A DNA stretch of 64,000 bases from Candidatus Hydrogenedentota bacterium (lineage in GTDB: Bacteria > Hydrogenedentota > Hydrogenedentia > Hydrogenedentales > SLHB01), in NCBI GenBank assembly GCA_963745075.1, contig CAVUWV010000024.1:160001-224000 (forward strand). Direction: 5' to 3'. Below the pieces are notes generated by a model. It was not told where the DNA came from. It ran no database searches and was given only the letters and a program-made list of their open reading frames with translations. This document shows positions 48,282-58,802 of the stretch, piece after piece (position 1 is the stretch's first letter; each line of letters starts with the position of its first letter). Position numbers and translations under genes: made by a program.

Positions 48282-48698
48282 ATGGGAGTGATCCGAAATC
48301 TGATAGGAATGTTACGAGGCGGAATGGACCCGTCTCTTGAGGGATCAAACGTGAAACCACTTTCAAGTCTGGAAGACTTGGACGCCTGCCTGAGTGCGTC
48401 CCAGGAGTCTCCCGTATTCATTTTCAAGCACAGCACGGCGTGTCCGATATCGTCGGAAGCATATCGCCACGTGGCGGCTTACGCGGAGAATATGGACGCA
48501 GACGATCCGCGCGTATATCTGGTGAAGGTCATCGAGGAGCGCCCGGTTTCCAACAAGATCGCCGAAGTGTTGGGGGTCCCGCACAAATCCCCGCAGATAA
48601 TCCTGGTGAGCAAAGGTGCGTGTGTGTGGACCGCGTCACATTATGGTATTCGTGAGGAGCGTATTCGCGACGCCACCACGACGCACTCACCGGATTGA
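48282..48698 (+). CDS. ytxJ: YtxJ/DUF2847 thioredoxin-like monothiol protein
   Basis: FIFKHSTACPIS, RPVSNKIA, HKSPQ, ASH. Start may be GTG 48351. Confidence 0.88.
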   Translation: MGVIRNLIGMLRGGMDPSLEGSNVKPLSSLEDLDACLSASQESPVFIFKHSTACPISSEAYRHVAAYAENMDADDPRVYLVKVIEERPVSNKIAEVLGVPHKSPQIILVSKGACVWTASHYGIREERIRDATTTHSPD

Positions 48699-48816
48699 CT
48701 AATCACCAAGCATTGTCCCAAAACCTGCGGGTATCGTCATTCTTCGCTTCGCTCCTAACAGGCCCCCGTAAGTCGTTTTGCGCCAATATCGGCGGCTTGC
48801 CCTTGCCTGTGACGGA

Positions 48817-48895
48817 CTCGAAATCGGGATCGAGATCCCTATCGGAACTGAAAGCACTTGGCGCTTCCCACTTCGATCCAGAACCCGATTTCGAG
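48817..48895. repeat. Intergenic inverted repeat built of ATCG-type hexamers
   Basis: CTCGAAATCGGG (48817-48828) / CCCGATTTCGAG (48884-48895) perfect; lies between convergent genes. Confidence 0.6.
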
Positions 48896-49004
48896 ACTAT
48901 TGCACGTCGCAACCATGCTCGACTGTTCTCGCCGCCAACAACCTCGATAGAGGTCCCCGGCTCAGAATGACAGCAAACACGTACCCATGGTTTGAGGATA
49001 GCTT

Positions 49005-50481
49005 CTAGGAAAACTGTAACGGCAACGTGCGAATTTCCCGCGTTTCCAAGTCCGCAACAACGACGCGATGGTTGTTGGTGTCCGCGATGTACAAGGCTCC
49101 ATTGCACGCTGTAACCCCGCTCGGTTCGTTCAACCCGGCATCCTCACCTTCGCCGCCACCTGGTTTGCCCGTTCCAACAAAGTTTTCGACAGTCCCGGTG
49201 GCCGGATACAGCACCTTGATCCGGTGATTGTATGTGTCCGCGATGAAGACCTTGCCGTCATGCCAGCAGACGCCGAGGGGATGCTGCAAGCGGGCGGCCT
49301 TCACGGGCCCCACACGATCGCCGAATTCGAACAACCCGGAACCGATTATCGTTTCCACCTCGCCGGAAGCACGCAGATCGCACCTGCGCACCGCGCTGAC
49401 TTCGCTGTCCGCGAAATAGAGGGAGTTACCCTTTATCGCAAGACCGCTCGGTTGGGCCAACTGTGCCGATTGGCCGGGCCCGTCCAGCAAGTTCTCCACG
49501 CCGGAACCGGCGAACAGGCGGAAATTGCGCGTCTCGACAGCGGCCCGCCAGATCTGATGAGAGCCCGCCATCGCTACGTAAAGCATATTATCGGCGGTTT
49601 CCACGTCCCACGGTGAGCTGAGCGGCGTGCCCTCGCCGCCCGTCATAGTCCGAAAATCACCTTGTATGCCGTTACCGCCAAACGTAGCAACACGCCGTGC
49701 CGCGAGGTGCAACGCGCGCACCGCGTGATTCGCCGTGTCGGCAACGTAGAGCACGTTATCTCGGAGGGCCATTCCTTGCGGGCGATGGAACCGGGCCTCT
49801 TCAAACGATCCGTCTTCGAGCCCATGCTCGCACGAGCCCGCCACATCCTGAACCGCGCCATCGAAGCCGCAGATTAGGATTCGGTTGTGATTCGTGTCCG
49901 CGATGAATAGTCGCGAATCGGCTCCGTCCGCGAGCACTTTACCGGGAAAAAGGAGTGATCGCAGGTCCAATGCGGCCGTCGTCTCACCAAAAACCATCGG
50001 TGTCTCGTCCAGGGAACCGTGTGCCCGGTGGTAACTCACCAGGTTCTCGATGAGCACGTCCATCTCGTCCCGATGTCCTTCACCGGAAAACGCCGCGACC
50101 ACCTCGCCATCGGGATCGATCAAGCAGAGCGTCGGCCAGGCCTGCGCACCGTACGCTTTCCAGATCCGGTATTCCCCGTCGTTAATCACGGGATGGGTAA
50201 TCCCGTGACGGACTACGGCACGCCGAACCGGTTCAAGTTGCCGCTCGTTCTCGAACTTGCCCGCATGAACCCCGATCACCACCAACTGATTGGGATACTT
50301 GGCTTCGAGGTAGGACACATCAGTAAGCACGTGCATGCAATTGATGCAGCAGGACGTTCCAGAAGTCCAGCAACACCACCTTGCCGCGGAGATCGCTCAC
50401 GCGCAACGGCGCGTCGCAATTCAGCCATTCCAATGCACCGTCCAACTCCGGAGCCAATCCGAAGGTCTCGTACCCCGCCAT
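49005..50481 (-). pseudogene. Thioredoxin-like + NHL-repeat protein (NHLRC2/SOQ1-like), +1 frameshift just before the CCINC motif
   Basis: ATG 50481 with GAGG RBS gives APELDG..WLN..LRGKVVLLDFW; removing one A (50357-50358) restores DFWTSCCINCMH and joins the 443-aa NHL ORF. Confidence 0.85.
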
Positions 50482-50584
50482 GCATACCTCCCTTGAAATC
50501 GACCCCGATCCCGGAGCCGACGGCGTATACTATAGCAATCACAAGCAGTACACGCGAAGCAACGGGTTTGAAAAGGAAAGTACC

Positions 50585-51052
50585 ATGATGGTCTATCTCG
50601 TACAACACGGCGATGCGGTTGACAAAACCTACGACCCCGACCGTCCCTTGACCGACGCGGGCCGCCACGCAGTCGAACGGGTCGCGGCGTTCGTCGCCAA
50701 AGCCGGCGTAACAATTCCCGCGATCTGGCATAGCGACAAGACGCGTGCCCGGGAAACGGCCGAAATCCTTGCCGTCCATGTCGCACCAGGAATCTCCCCG
50801 GCGGAACGCAAGGGACTCAAGCCGAATGACGACGTAACCGCAATCGCAAAAGAATTGCAGGAACAAGAAAGCGACGTGGCCCTCGTCGGACACATGCCGC
50901 ACCTCTCCCGGCTGGCCGGACTCCTGACGACGGGAAAAGCCGATGCGGATGTCATCGCGTTCGAGCGCGGTGGCGTGGTCGCAATCCAGCGGGATGCAGC
51001 GGGGAAGTGGCGCATTGCCTGGGTGCTTCCGCCGTCCTTGCTCGTTCGGTGA
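50585..51052 (+). CDS. sixA: Phosphohistidine phosphatase SixA
   Basis: YLVQHGDA, RPLT, HS.K.RA.ETA, LVGHMP. Confidence 0.9.
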   Translation: MMVYLVQHGDAVDKTYDPDRPLTDAGRHAVERVAAFVAKAGVTIPAIWHSDKTRARETAEILAVHVAPGISPAERKGLKPNDDVTAIAKELQEQESDVALVGHMPHLSRLAGLLTTGKADADVIAFERGGVVAIQRDAAGKWRIAWVLPPSLLVR

Positions 51053-52123
<1,071 letters not shown>

Positions 52124-52177
52124 TCAACAACGTGAGAGTTCCCCCAACGAAAACTTCGCGTTCCTCAGATACGCGGA

Positions 52178-52645
52178 TCAAGAACCTTCGCCGGTGGTGA
52201 GCCGCAACGCCAGCGGAAAGTCGTCCACCAGAACAAATACCGTATTCTCGTCACCGAGGAAGGACTCCTTGCCGCCGGAGTCCATCGCGGAAACCTCCGG
52301 GACGGTAAGATCGAACACCGGCTCTTCCCCCCCTAGAGCGGTGAGCACATTGCCGCACGTAACGTTGAGTAGTTCCTTGAGTGCATCCTGGTAGATTCGA
52401 GGTTCCTCGGCGTCTTCCGGTTCCGTGCCCAGCAGGTTTGCCGCCAGATCCGGGCACATGGCCTGGGGGACGGCCAGCGACAACGAACCGGTCATGGCGC
52501 CTTCGAATCCCATCTGTGCCAGTAAAATTTCTTCGGCGTGTCCCGCAAAATCGTCGGGCGAGCCCTCGTCGCAGAACATGAACGCCATCTGCTCCAGCAC
52601 GTCCGTGAACACGCGGTTCAACACGACTTTTTGTTCCTCACTCAT
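52178..52645 (-). CDS. cheX: CheX-family phosphatase-like protein
   Basis: G.L.L.VP, DALKELLNVTCGN (ExxN), FDLTVP. Confidence 0.8.
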   Translation of the reverse strand: MSEEQKVVLNRVFTDVLEQMAFMFCDEGSPDDFAGHAEEILLAQMGFEGAMTGSLSLAVPQAMCPDLAANLLGTEPEDAEEPRIYQDALKELLNVTCGNVLTALGGEEPVFDLTVPEVSAMDSGGKESFLGDENTVFVLVDDFPLALRLTTGEGS

Positions 52646-53024
52646 TGCCGGTCCCCAATACCTCGTCCAACACCTCCCGGATCTGCTCCGGCGTAAACGG
52701 CTTTCGAACGTATGCCCTGACTCCTTTTGCCTTCAGATCCTCGATTCGCGTCGCGCTGCCCTCGGTGGACACTACGACCACCGGAATCGCCTTCAGTACG
52801 TCGTCGTCCATCATGCGTTCGACAAGTTCAACGCCGCCCATATCGGGCATGTTGATATCGGTCAATACCAGATCGACCCAATTCTCGCGAAGCACCGCCA
52901 GCGCCTCGCGCCCGTTGGATGCCTGCAGGGGGTCGTTCAGTTCAATTCCGGACAGCTTCAGGGTCTTCAATAAGATTGAGCGAACCGTTTCAGAATCATC
53001 GACTACCAGAATATTCAGGGCCAT
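52638..53024 (-). CDS. cheY: CheY-like single-domain response regulator
   Basis: LVVDDS, LTDINMP, VSTEG, RKPF. Confidence 0.88.
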   Translation of the reverse strand: MALNILVVDDSETVRSILLKTLKLSGIELNDPLQASNGREALAVLRENWVDLVLTDINMPDMGGVELVERMMDDDVLKAIPVVVVSTEGSATRIEDLKAKGVRAYVRKPFTPEQIREVLDEVLGTGNE

Positions 53025-53037
53025 TCCGTTGCTCCCA

Positions 53038-53886
53038 TCAGTCAGGTAAGGATTCGCAGATTTCATCCAGCGATTGGAGTACGTTGTTTACGACGCGCTC
53101 GGTGAGTGCCGGCGTCACGTGAAGCCGTTTCACCGCGTTCGCCGAGAGTTCATAGTTCAACCCGTCGACTTCCGCCGTCGTGCCGCTTAATCGAGCCATA
53201 TGATCGGCCACGTGTACCAAGTCCACCACCATCTTATCGTCATCCGGCATTTCATCCGGAAGATGATGCCAGCGTACTACATTCACCACACTTGAAGGAA
53301 TCTCCCACGATTCCAGCAGCGTTGCACCGACTTCGGCGTGGTCCACGCCGAGAACTTGCTGCTCCGCTCGCTCAAACGATAGCCCTTCGTCGAAAGCCAG
53401 CGCCAGTATCGGTTTGGCGTCGATCTCGAGAAACGTGCCCATCACGATCTTACCCAGGTCGTGAAGCAAGCCCGCCGTATAAATGTAATCGTACCCCTCG
53501 ATTTTCAGTGTCTCCGCCAATTGTTCGGCGGCCATCGCTGTCGCCGCGCTGTGGCGGAGCAGCCCGCCCGTGGGCATCCCGTAACCGGTAACTGCCGGCG
53601 TTGCCAACGGTGCGACCGAGGTCGTCAACACCAATTCGGTGACCCGTTTGGTGCCGAGTCGCACCAGCGCGTCACGCACCGATGCGATAGGGCTGGCGCC
53701 CCGGAAGTACGCCGAGTTCGCCAGCCGCAGAATATTCGAGGCCAGGCTCGGGTTAAGTTCAACCTCGCGCTGCAGTTCCACCAGGGACGTGTTCGGGCTC
53801 TGCGCCATTTCCAACACGCGGTTCGTCGCGATCGGCAAAGAAGGGACCTTGCGCACGTTCTCCAGGATTTCGTCTCGCGTACTCAC
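53038..53886 (-). CDS. HDOD-domain protein
   Basis: VPSLP, ILRLANSAY, HS, GLLHDLGK, DHAEVG, WHH; GTG start overlapping the cheD stop. Confidence 0.92.
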   Translation of the reverse strand: MSTRDEILENVRKVPSLPIATNRVLEMAQSPNTSLVELQREVELNPSLASNILRLANSAYFRGASPIASVRDALVRLGTKRVTELVLTTSVAPLATPAVTGYGMPTGGLLRHSAATAMAAEQLAETLKIEGYDYIYTAGLLHDLGKIVMGTFLEIDAKPILALAFDEGLSFERAEQQVLGVDHAEVGATLLESWEIPSSVVNVVRWHHLPDEMPDDDKMVVDLVHVADHMARLSGTTAEVDGLNYELSANAVKRLHVTPALTERVVNNVLQSLDEICESLPD

Positions 53887-54359
53887 AGCTCCTCCTCGAC
53901 CCCGCCCGATCGAACCGTCGTTCGCCCGGTGTCCATATAGAGCGTCAGCGTCCGTGCCACCGTGCCGCCCACCGCTTCGCCGGCGATGAGAATGTCGTTC
54001 TTCCACATCACCTTGCGGAGAACGGTATAGTTGCGTTCTCCGATCTTGAAGACCCCGTTATCCGAGAGCGGGGCCGCGCCCCCTGCAACCTTTACGACCA
54101 GCCGCCGCCGGCTCGCGCCAAGGTCGAGCACGGCTTTCAAGAGGGCCGGCACACCGGTGTCCGCGAACATCCATGGGGTGCGTTTTGCCCGCTCCGGGTC
54201 CAACCGCGAAAGGGGAAGCATGCAGTGAATCAGCCCGCCCACACGAACCTCGGGATCGTAAACGGCCACGCCAATGCACGAGCCCAGGGAATAGGTCACG
54301 AGAATCTCATCCGCCTGCTGCGATATCAGCATTTCGGATATGCCGACGGTCTTCTTCAC
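53883..54359 (-). CDS. cheD: Chemoreceptor glutamine deamidase CheD
   Basis: TYSLGSCIGV, HCMLP, KVAGGA, IGERN, VGG..AR. Confidence 0.93.
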   Translation of the reverse strand: MKKTVGISEMLISQQADEILVTYSLGSCIGVAVYDPEVRVGGLIHCMLPLSRLDPERAKRTPWMFADTGVPALLKAVLDLGASRRRLVVKVAGGAAPLSDNGVFKIGERNYTVLRKVMWKNDILIAGEAVGGTVARTLTLYMDTGRTTVRSGGVEEEL

Positions 54360-54415
54360 GCTGTATATGCCCCTCGTACGTCTACATCTGCAAGCAACAA
54401 TAACACAGTAACGGC

Positions 54416-55216
54416 CTATTTTATGTATACCGATGGCTGAACGGTCTTGAACTCGCTGACCAGTCCGGTCAGGCTCTCCGCGTGTCCCACCATCAAGTAC
54501 CCGCCCGGTTTCAGCAGCCGGTAGACCTCCGCCAGCAACCGGCTGCGCACATGGTTGTCGAAGTAAATCATCACGTTCCGGCAAAACACGACATCCAGTG
54601 GTCCGCGCATCGGAAAAGGAGGCGTCGCCAGATTGAGGCGACGGAAGAGCACGAGGTTCTTCAAACGGTCCTTTACCCGATACATGGTCTGCCCGTCTTC
54701 CTGGTAGCGGTCGAAATAGCGCTCGCGCAGCGGCGCCGGTACGCTTGCGACCTTCTGCGCGTCGTAGATGCCCTGCTGACATTTCGCCAGCACGCGGGTC
54801 GAAATGTCCGTCGCCAGAATCCTTACGTCGGCGCCCGTATCCCCCAATTGCTCCGCAACCGTGATCGCGATCGTATAGGGCTCTTCCCCCGTGGAACTCG
54901 CCGCACACCAGATGCGGAAACGGCGCTGGTTCGCGCCCCGCCACTTCGCGAGAACGGAACGCAACAATTCGAAGTGTTGCGCCTCGCGGTAGAAACTCGT
55001 GACATTGGTCGAGATGGCGTCGATAAGCTCGACCAATTCCTGCCCGCTCTTGTCACGCGTCACGTAGTCGAAATAGGTGTCGTAACCCTCAATCCGCAAG
55101 GCCCGCATGCGTTTCCCCACGCGAGCGGAAACCAGCGCCTCCTTTTGATCGCCCAAGGAGATGCCGCTCTTCTCGTAGACCAGTTCGCGAAACCGCTCGA
55201 AAGTGCGGCGATTCAT
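54416..55216 (-). CDS. cheR: Chemotaxis methyltransferase CheR
   Basis: TNVTSFYRE, WCAASSTGEEPY, ATDI, FCRNVMIYF, GHAESL. Confidence 0.97.
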   Translation of the reverse strand: MNRRTFERFRELVYEKSGISLGDQKEALVSARVGKRMRALRIEGYDTYFDYVTRDKSGQELVELIDAISTNVTSFYREAQHFELLRSVLAKWRGANQRRFRIWCAASSTGEEPYTIAITVAEQLGDTGADVRILATDISTRVLAKCQQGIYDAQKVASVPAPLRERYFDRYQEDGQTMYRVKDRLKNLVLFRRLNLATPPFPMRGPLDVVFCRNVMIYFDNHVRSRLLAEVYRLLKPGGYLMVGHAESLTGLVSEFKTVQPSVYIK

Positions 55217-55240
55217 CGCAGAGGCCGCACCATGGCGCGG

Positions 55241-55726
55241 TTACGCATACCAATCACCCTCGCGAATCCGATGCACCTTGAGCACGGCCAGTTCCCCGGT
55301 GCCTGTGTCGAATAGTATTTTGCGTCCAACCGATCCTCCGGTATCTTCAGAAATCACGCGAATCTGCTTTCTCGATAGCGCTTCCCGCGCTGCGTGAACG
55401 TTACGCGCTCCCAAGCTGGGCTCCGTTACGCCCTCCGGTGCGCCGCCCCCCAAGATCTGTGCCACGATGTTCTCTCGCTCGGAACCGGCCTCCTCCATGA
55501 TCCGGACCAAGGCCGCGACCGCTACGTTGCCGAATCGAGGGGTGGCGTTCTCCCGGTCCGATACCTGCGGCATGAGAAAGTGGTTCATCCCACCGTAGCG
55601 GCGCTGCTCGTCCCAAAGACAAACGGCAACGCAACTGCCTACGACCGTGCGAAGAACGGTCGCCTTGCGGCTGAAGTAAATATACCCTGGTTCCACGTAG
55701 TACGAGGACCCTCGACTCAAGGTCAT
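55241..55726 (-). CDS. cheD: Second CheD (proteobacterial-type)
   Basis: TVVGSCVAVCL, GGMNHFLMP, RFG, GARN, DTGG..GRK. Confidence 0.9.
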   Translation of the reverse strand: MTLSRGSSYYVEPGYIYFSRKATVLRTVVGSCVAVCLWDEQRRYGGMNHFLMPQVSDRENATPRFGNVAVAALVRIMEEAGSERENIVAQILGGGAPEGVTEPSLGARNVHAAREALSRKQIRVISEDTGGSVGRKILFDTGTGELAVLKVHRIREGDWYA

Positions 55727-55770
55727 ACTGGCGTTCGCTCTGCAAATTCCAGCCTGGTTGCGGGGGGGGA

Positions 55771-56136
55771 TTATCCCGCCTTACCAAGCACCTCCTGGAT
55801 CTTCGCCACAATGGTTGCCGGCTCGAACGGCTTGATGATGTAGTTATTGGCGCCGGACTTGAGCGCCTCGATCACGCGGCTCTTCTCGGCTTCGGTAGTG
55901 ACCATGATGATTGGCATCGTCTTGCCGAGTTGCCGAATCGCTTTCACCGCATCGATGCCGAGCATATTGGGCATGTTCCAGTCCATCAATACCAAACCGT
56001 AGTCATTCGCTTGGACGGCATCCACCGCTTCTTTCCCGTCCGCGGCCTGATCGACTTCTTCGATGTTGGCGCGACCGAGCGCCCCAATCAGCACTTTCCG
56101 CATCACCGCGGAATCATCTACTACCAATGCCTTCAT
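55771..56136 (-). CDS. cheY: Chemotaxis response regulator CheY
   Basis: LVVDDS, MDWNMP, MVTTEA, YIIKPF. Confidence 0.93.
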   Translation of the reverse strand: MKALVVDDSAVMRKVLIGALGRANIEEVDQAADGKEAVDAVQANDYGLVLMDWNMPNMLGIDAVKAIRQLGKTMPIIMVTTEAEKSRVIEALKSGANNYIIKPFEPATIVAKIQEVLGKAG

Positions 56137-56148
56137 GCTCCGTCCTCT

Positions 56149-56622
56149 CTATTTGGGGTTCTGCTCAAACGTCACGCGCAGGCTGAATTCGCCCAGCGAA
56201 CTGCTGAACGGCACCTCAAGCCAAACCGCCTGTGAAGGATAGTCGATACTGTAATTGTTCCCTCGCACCACGGTCGGCAGACTCAGATCCATCGGCTTCT
56301 CGTCGTCCTTCACGAGCTTCGCTTTCGCGCTGCCCGCGACGATGTTTACAAGCTCCGCAATACCGTCCGAGACGGTCTCGTCGATTATGGTCACGTGCGT
56401 TCCCAACAGTTTGCTAACCATGGCCAGCGCCGTCGCGGTCGGAAAAGACAGCGCCACGGTCCCGCGCGTCGGCCCGCTCATGCCGATCAGCGCCATGATA
56501 TCGCGCGGGTTGTTTCCGCCCGCGCAAACACCGATCTCGCCTCGGGACACCTCCCCCTCCAACATCGTCTGAAATAATTCGTAAACGGCCTCGATAAAGG
56601 GATTTATGTTCTCAACTTTCAT
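56149..56622 (-). CDS. cheX: Chemotaxis phosphatase CheX
   Basis: INPFI, IGMSG..G, DGIAELVNIVAG, LSLPTVVRG. Confidence 0.92.
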   Translation of the reverse strand: MKVENINPFIEAVYELFQTMLEGEVSRGEIGVCAGGNNPRDIMALIGMSGPTRGTVALSFPTATALAMVSKLLGTHVTIIDETVSDGIAELVNIVAGSAKAKLVKDDEKPMDLSLPTVVRGNNYSIDYPSQAVWLEVPFSSSLGEFSLRVTFEQNPK

Positions 56623-56710
56623 AGATAGCATGCTGGATTCTCACTCCAATTTCGTTGATCCCGTTCTCATGTTCCGGCCGCTCAGCGCATCGATTTGAGT
56701 GGTCCCGGTC

Positions 56711-58080
56711 CTAAATGTTTTCAAGGTGAACCCTGTCGCCGACTCGTCGCGCCCGAAGAGGGCCCGTCAGCGCTTCTCGAACGTGCAATCGCACTTGGTC
56801 GATACAAAACGTCGTTTCCGGATAGACCACCCCCCGAATCGTAATCGCCGGACGAGGACCGGACTTCCGGTTCTCCACTTCCTGCTCCAGCTCGGCGATT
56901 TCCTCCTTCATCGTTTGCTCCGTCTCGATCAGCTTGCTCACCGCATCCCGCTTTTCGGCCGGCATCTGGTCCAACTGTGGAGCAAGCGGGACGACGGCGT
57001 CATGGATGCGGGCCACGTCCCCCCGGAGTTTGGTGAGCTTCTGATCCTGCATGCGTCGTTCTTCCTCGTCTTTTTCAGTTATCCCCACAGACAACACCGT
57101 GGGAACGAGCGCCGAACTGCCTGCGTCCCGCGCCTCGATAGCCTGCCGGCCATAGACCCGCCCACCGACAATTCTACCTTCGGGCGCCAACACACGTCCC
57201 CCCGCAGTCACGATCGAGTGAACGATTTCGCGATCCACCCACACATCCAATCCCGCCACGACCCCGGCATCGATAATAAACTTCGACCGCAGGGACCCCG
57301 CGGCCTTCACGGGTTTCTCCCGCATGCCGGTAAGCCCGGATGCAATCTCCAAGTCCCCGCCGGCTTCCACATCAGCCGTCTCGATATATCCACTTACCTT
57401 CACATGGCCCAGGCAGCGGACCCGAGAATCCGCCTCGATGTTTCCTTGAACTTCGAGTGCGCCCGGGTGGTCGATGTTCCCGGTTGCCAGCCCCACGTCG
57501 CCCGTGACCGTGTATACCTCATCCACGGACAGCACGTTGCCGATAAACCGGACGCGTCCGTCCCGATCCGCCTCATACGTATGGGTCGCTTCCTCAAAGC
57601 GGACGTTCTTGCCCGTCCGAATGCGCACGTGCCGCGGCCGGGGGGAGCCAACCGCTTGCCACGAACATCGATCCCGTCTTCCCCCGGAATCGCCGGCGTC
57701 ACCGTAAGCAGACGTTGCCCCGCCGCCACGGACGGATTGGACTTGTATTGCCGATAGTCGACCGCCCCGGTTGCCTCGTTTTGCACGAATTCGTGGCTGA
57801 AGAAATCGCCTCCCCAGTCGAGCACCGGTTCCGTCGGCGGTGTCGGCGCCTCGCCCTGCGCAATGAGCAGTTCCACCGGATTCGTACCTGCGTTCAGGCA
57901 ACGCGCATACGCATCGACCAGTTCCTCTCGCGACGCAAGTTCCGTGATACCTGCACCGCGCGCGGCCTCCACCACGGCATCTGCGAACTCTTCAGGCACA
58001 AAGGTAGCGGCATCGCACTGGGCGACCGCAGACAACCGATCCGGACTCACGACTATCTCCAGGGCCTTGTCATCCGGCAT
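56711..58080 (-). pseudogene. fapA: FapA/DUF342 flagellar assembly protein, -1 frameshift in a C6 run
   Basis: N-part (VDYRQ...PGEDGIDVRG) and C-part (GKNV...GDVGLATGNI...GRIVGG...GVVYP) are in different frames. One more C at the G6 tract 57640-57645 restores LAPPRPRHVRI. Confidence 0.85.
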
Positions 58081-58185
58081 ACATGAGACCACGCTCGATC
58101 GCTTCTCGCACGCGCGAAACTCCTCTCCGTCTTCCGCGTCCCGTCAACGTCTTGCGATAAAGGTCTACTTAAGCGAACAATCGGA

Positions 58186-58722
58186 TCAAGCCGATTCGGC
58201 GACTTGGGACATCGCGTCCAGCTCGTTCCAGGACAGTACCTTATCCGTGTCCAAAAGTATTACCACTTTCGACCCCACTTTTCCCATCGACGAGATAAAC
58301 TCGGTCTGCGATGTCGACCCCAGTGTTGGCGGCGGTTCAATCTGCTCGCTGCGAATGTCCACCACCTCCGCAACCTCGTCCACAATGACGCCCATGGTCA
58401 CCTGCTGGTGGTCCCGGGATACCTGCACAACAATAATGCACGTGAGGTTGGTGTCTTCTTGCGACTCCATGCCAAACTTGGCGCGAAGATCCACCACCGG
58501 AATCACCTTGCCGCGCAGATTAATCACGCCACGGAGAAACCCCGGCGTTCGCGGCACTTTGGTCACCGTCGTCATTCCGATGATCTCCTGGACTTTCAAA
58601 ATCTCCAGGCCGTAAACCTCCTTACCCAGGATAAAGGTCAAATATTGACCCGCACCGCCGACCGCATCCAGTTGCATCGCGGCCGTTCCGTGTCCTTCGC
58701 TGCTTTCCAGTGTGTTTGACAT
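58186..58722 (-). CDS. cheW: Chemotaxis coupling protein CheW
   Basis: QYLTF.L, VQEII, GVINLRGKVIPVVDLR, GVIVDEV. Confidence 0.96.
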   Translation of the reverse strand: MSNTLESSEGHGTAAMQLDAVGGAGQYLTFILGKEVYGLEILKVQEIIGMTTVTKVPRTPGFLRGVINLRGKVIPVVDLRAKFGMESQEDTNLTCIIVVQVSRDHQQVTMGVIVDEVAEVVDIRSEQIEPPPTLGSTSQTEFISSMGKVGSKVVILLDTDKVLSWNELDAMSQVAESA

Positions 58723-58802
58723 GATCTATCTCCTCAACCAATGCGACTTTATTCCGAACCTCAGTATGCTGCGTCGTGTTTTCATCCAATTTGTCCGGCC
58801 GG

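Noticed and set aside
33827..48698. Bacillithiol pathway inferred from the PIG-L deacetylase and YtxJ
   Set aside because: The genes are unlinked, bshA/bshC are absent from the window, and both families are widespread.
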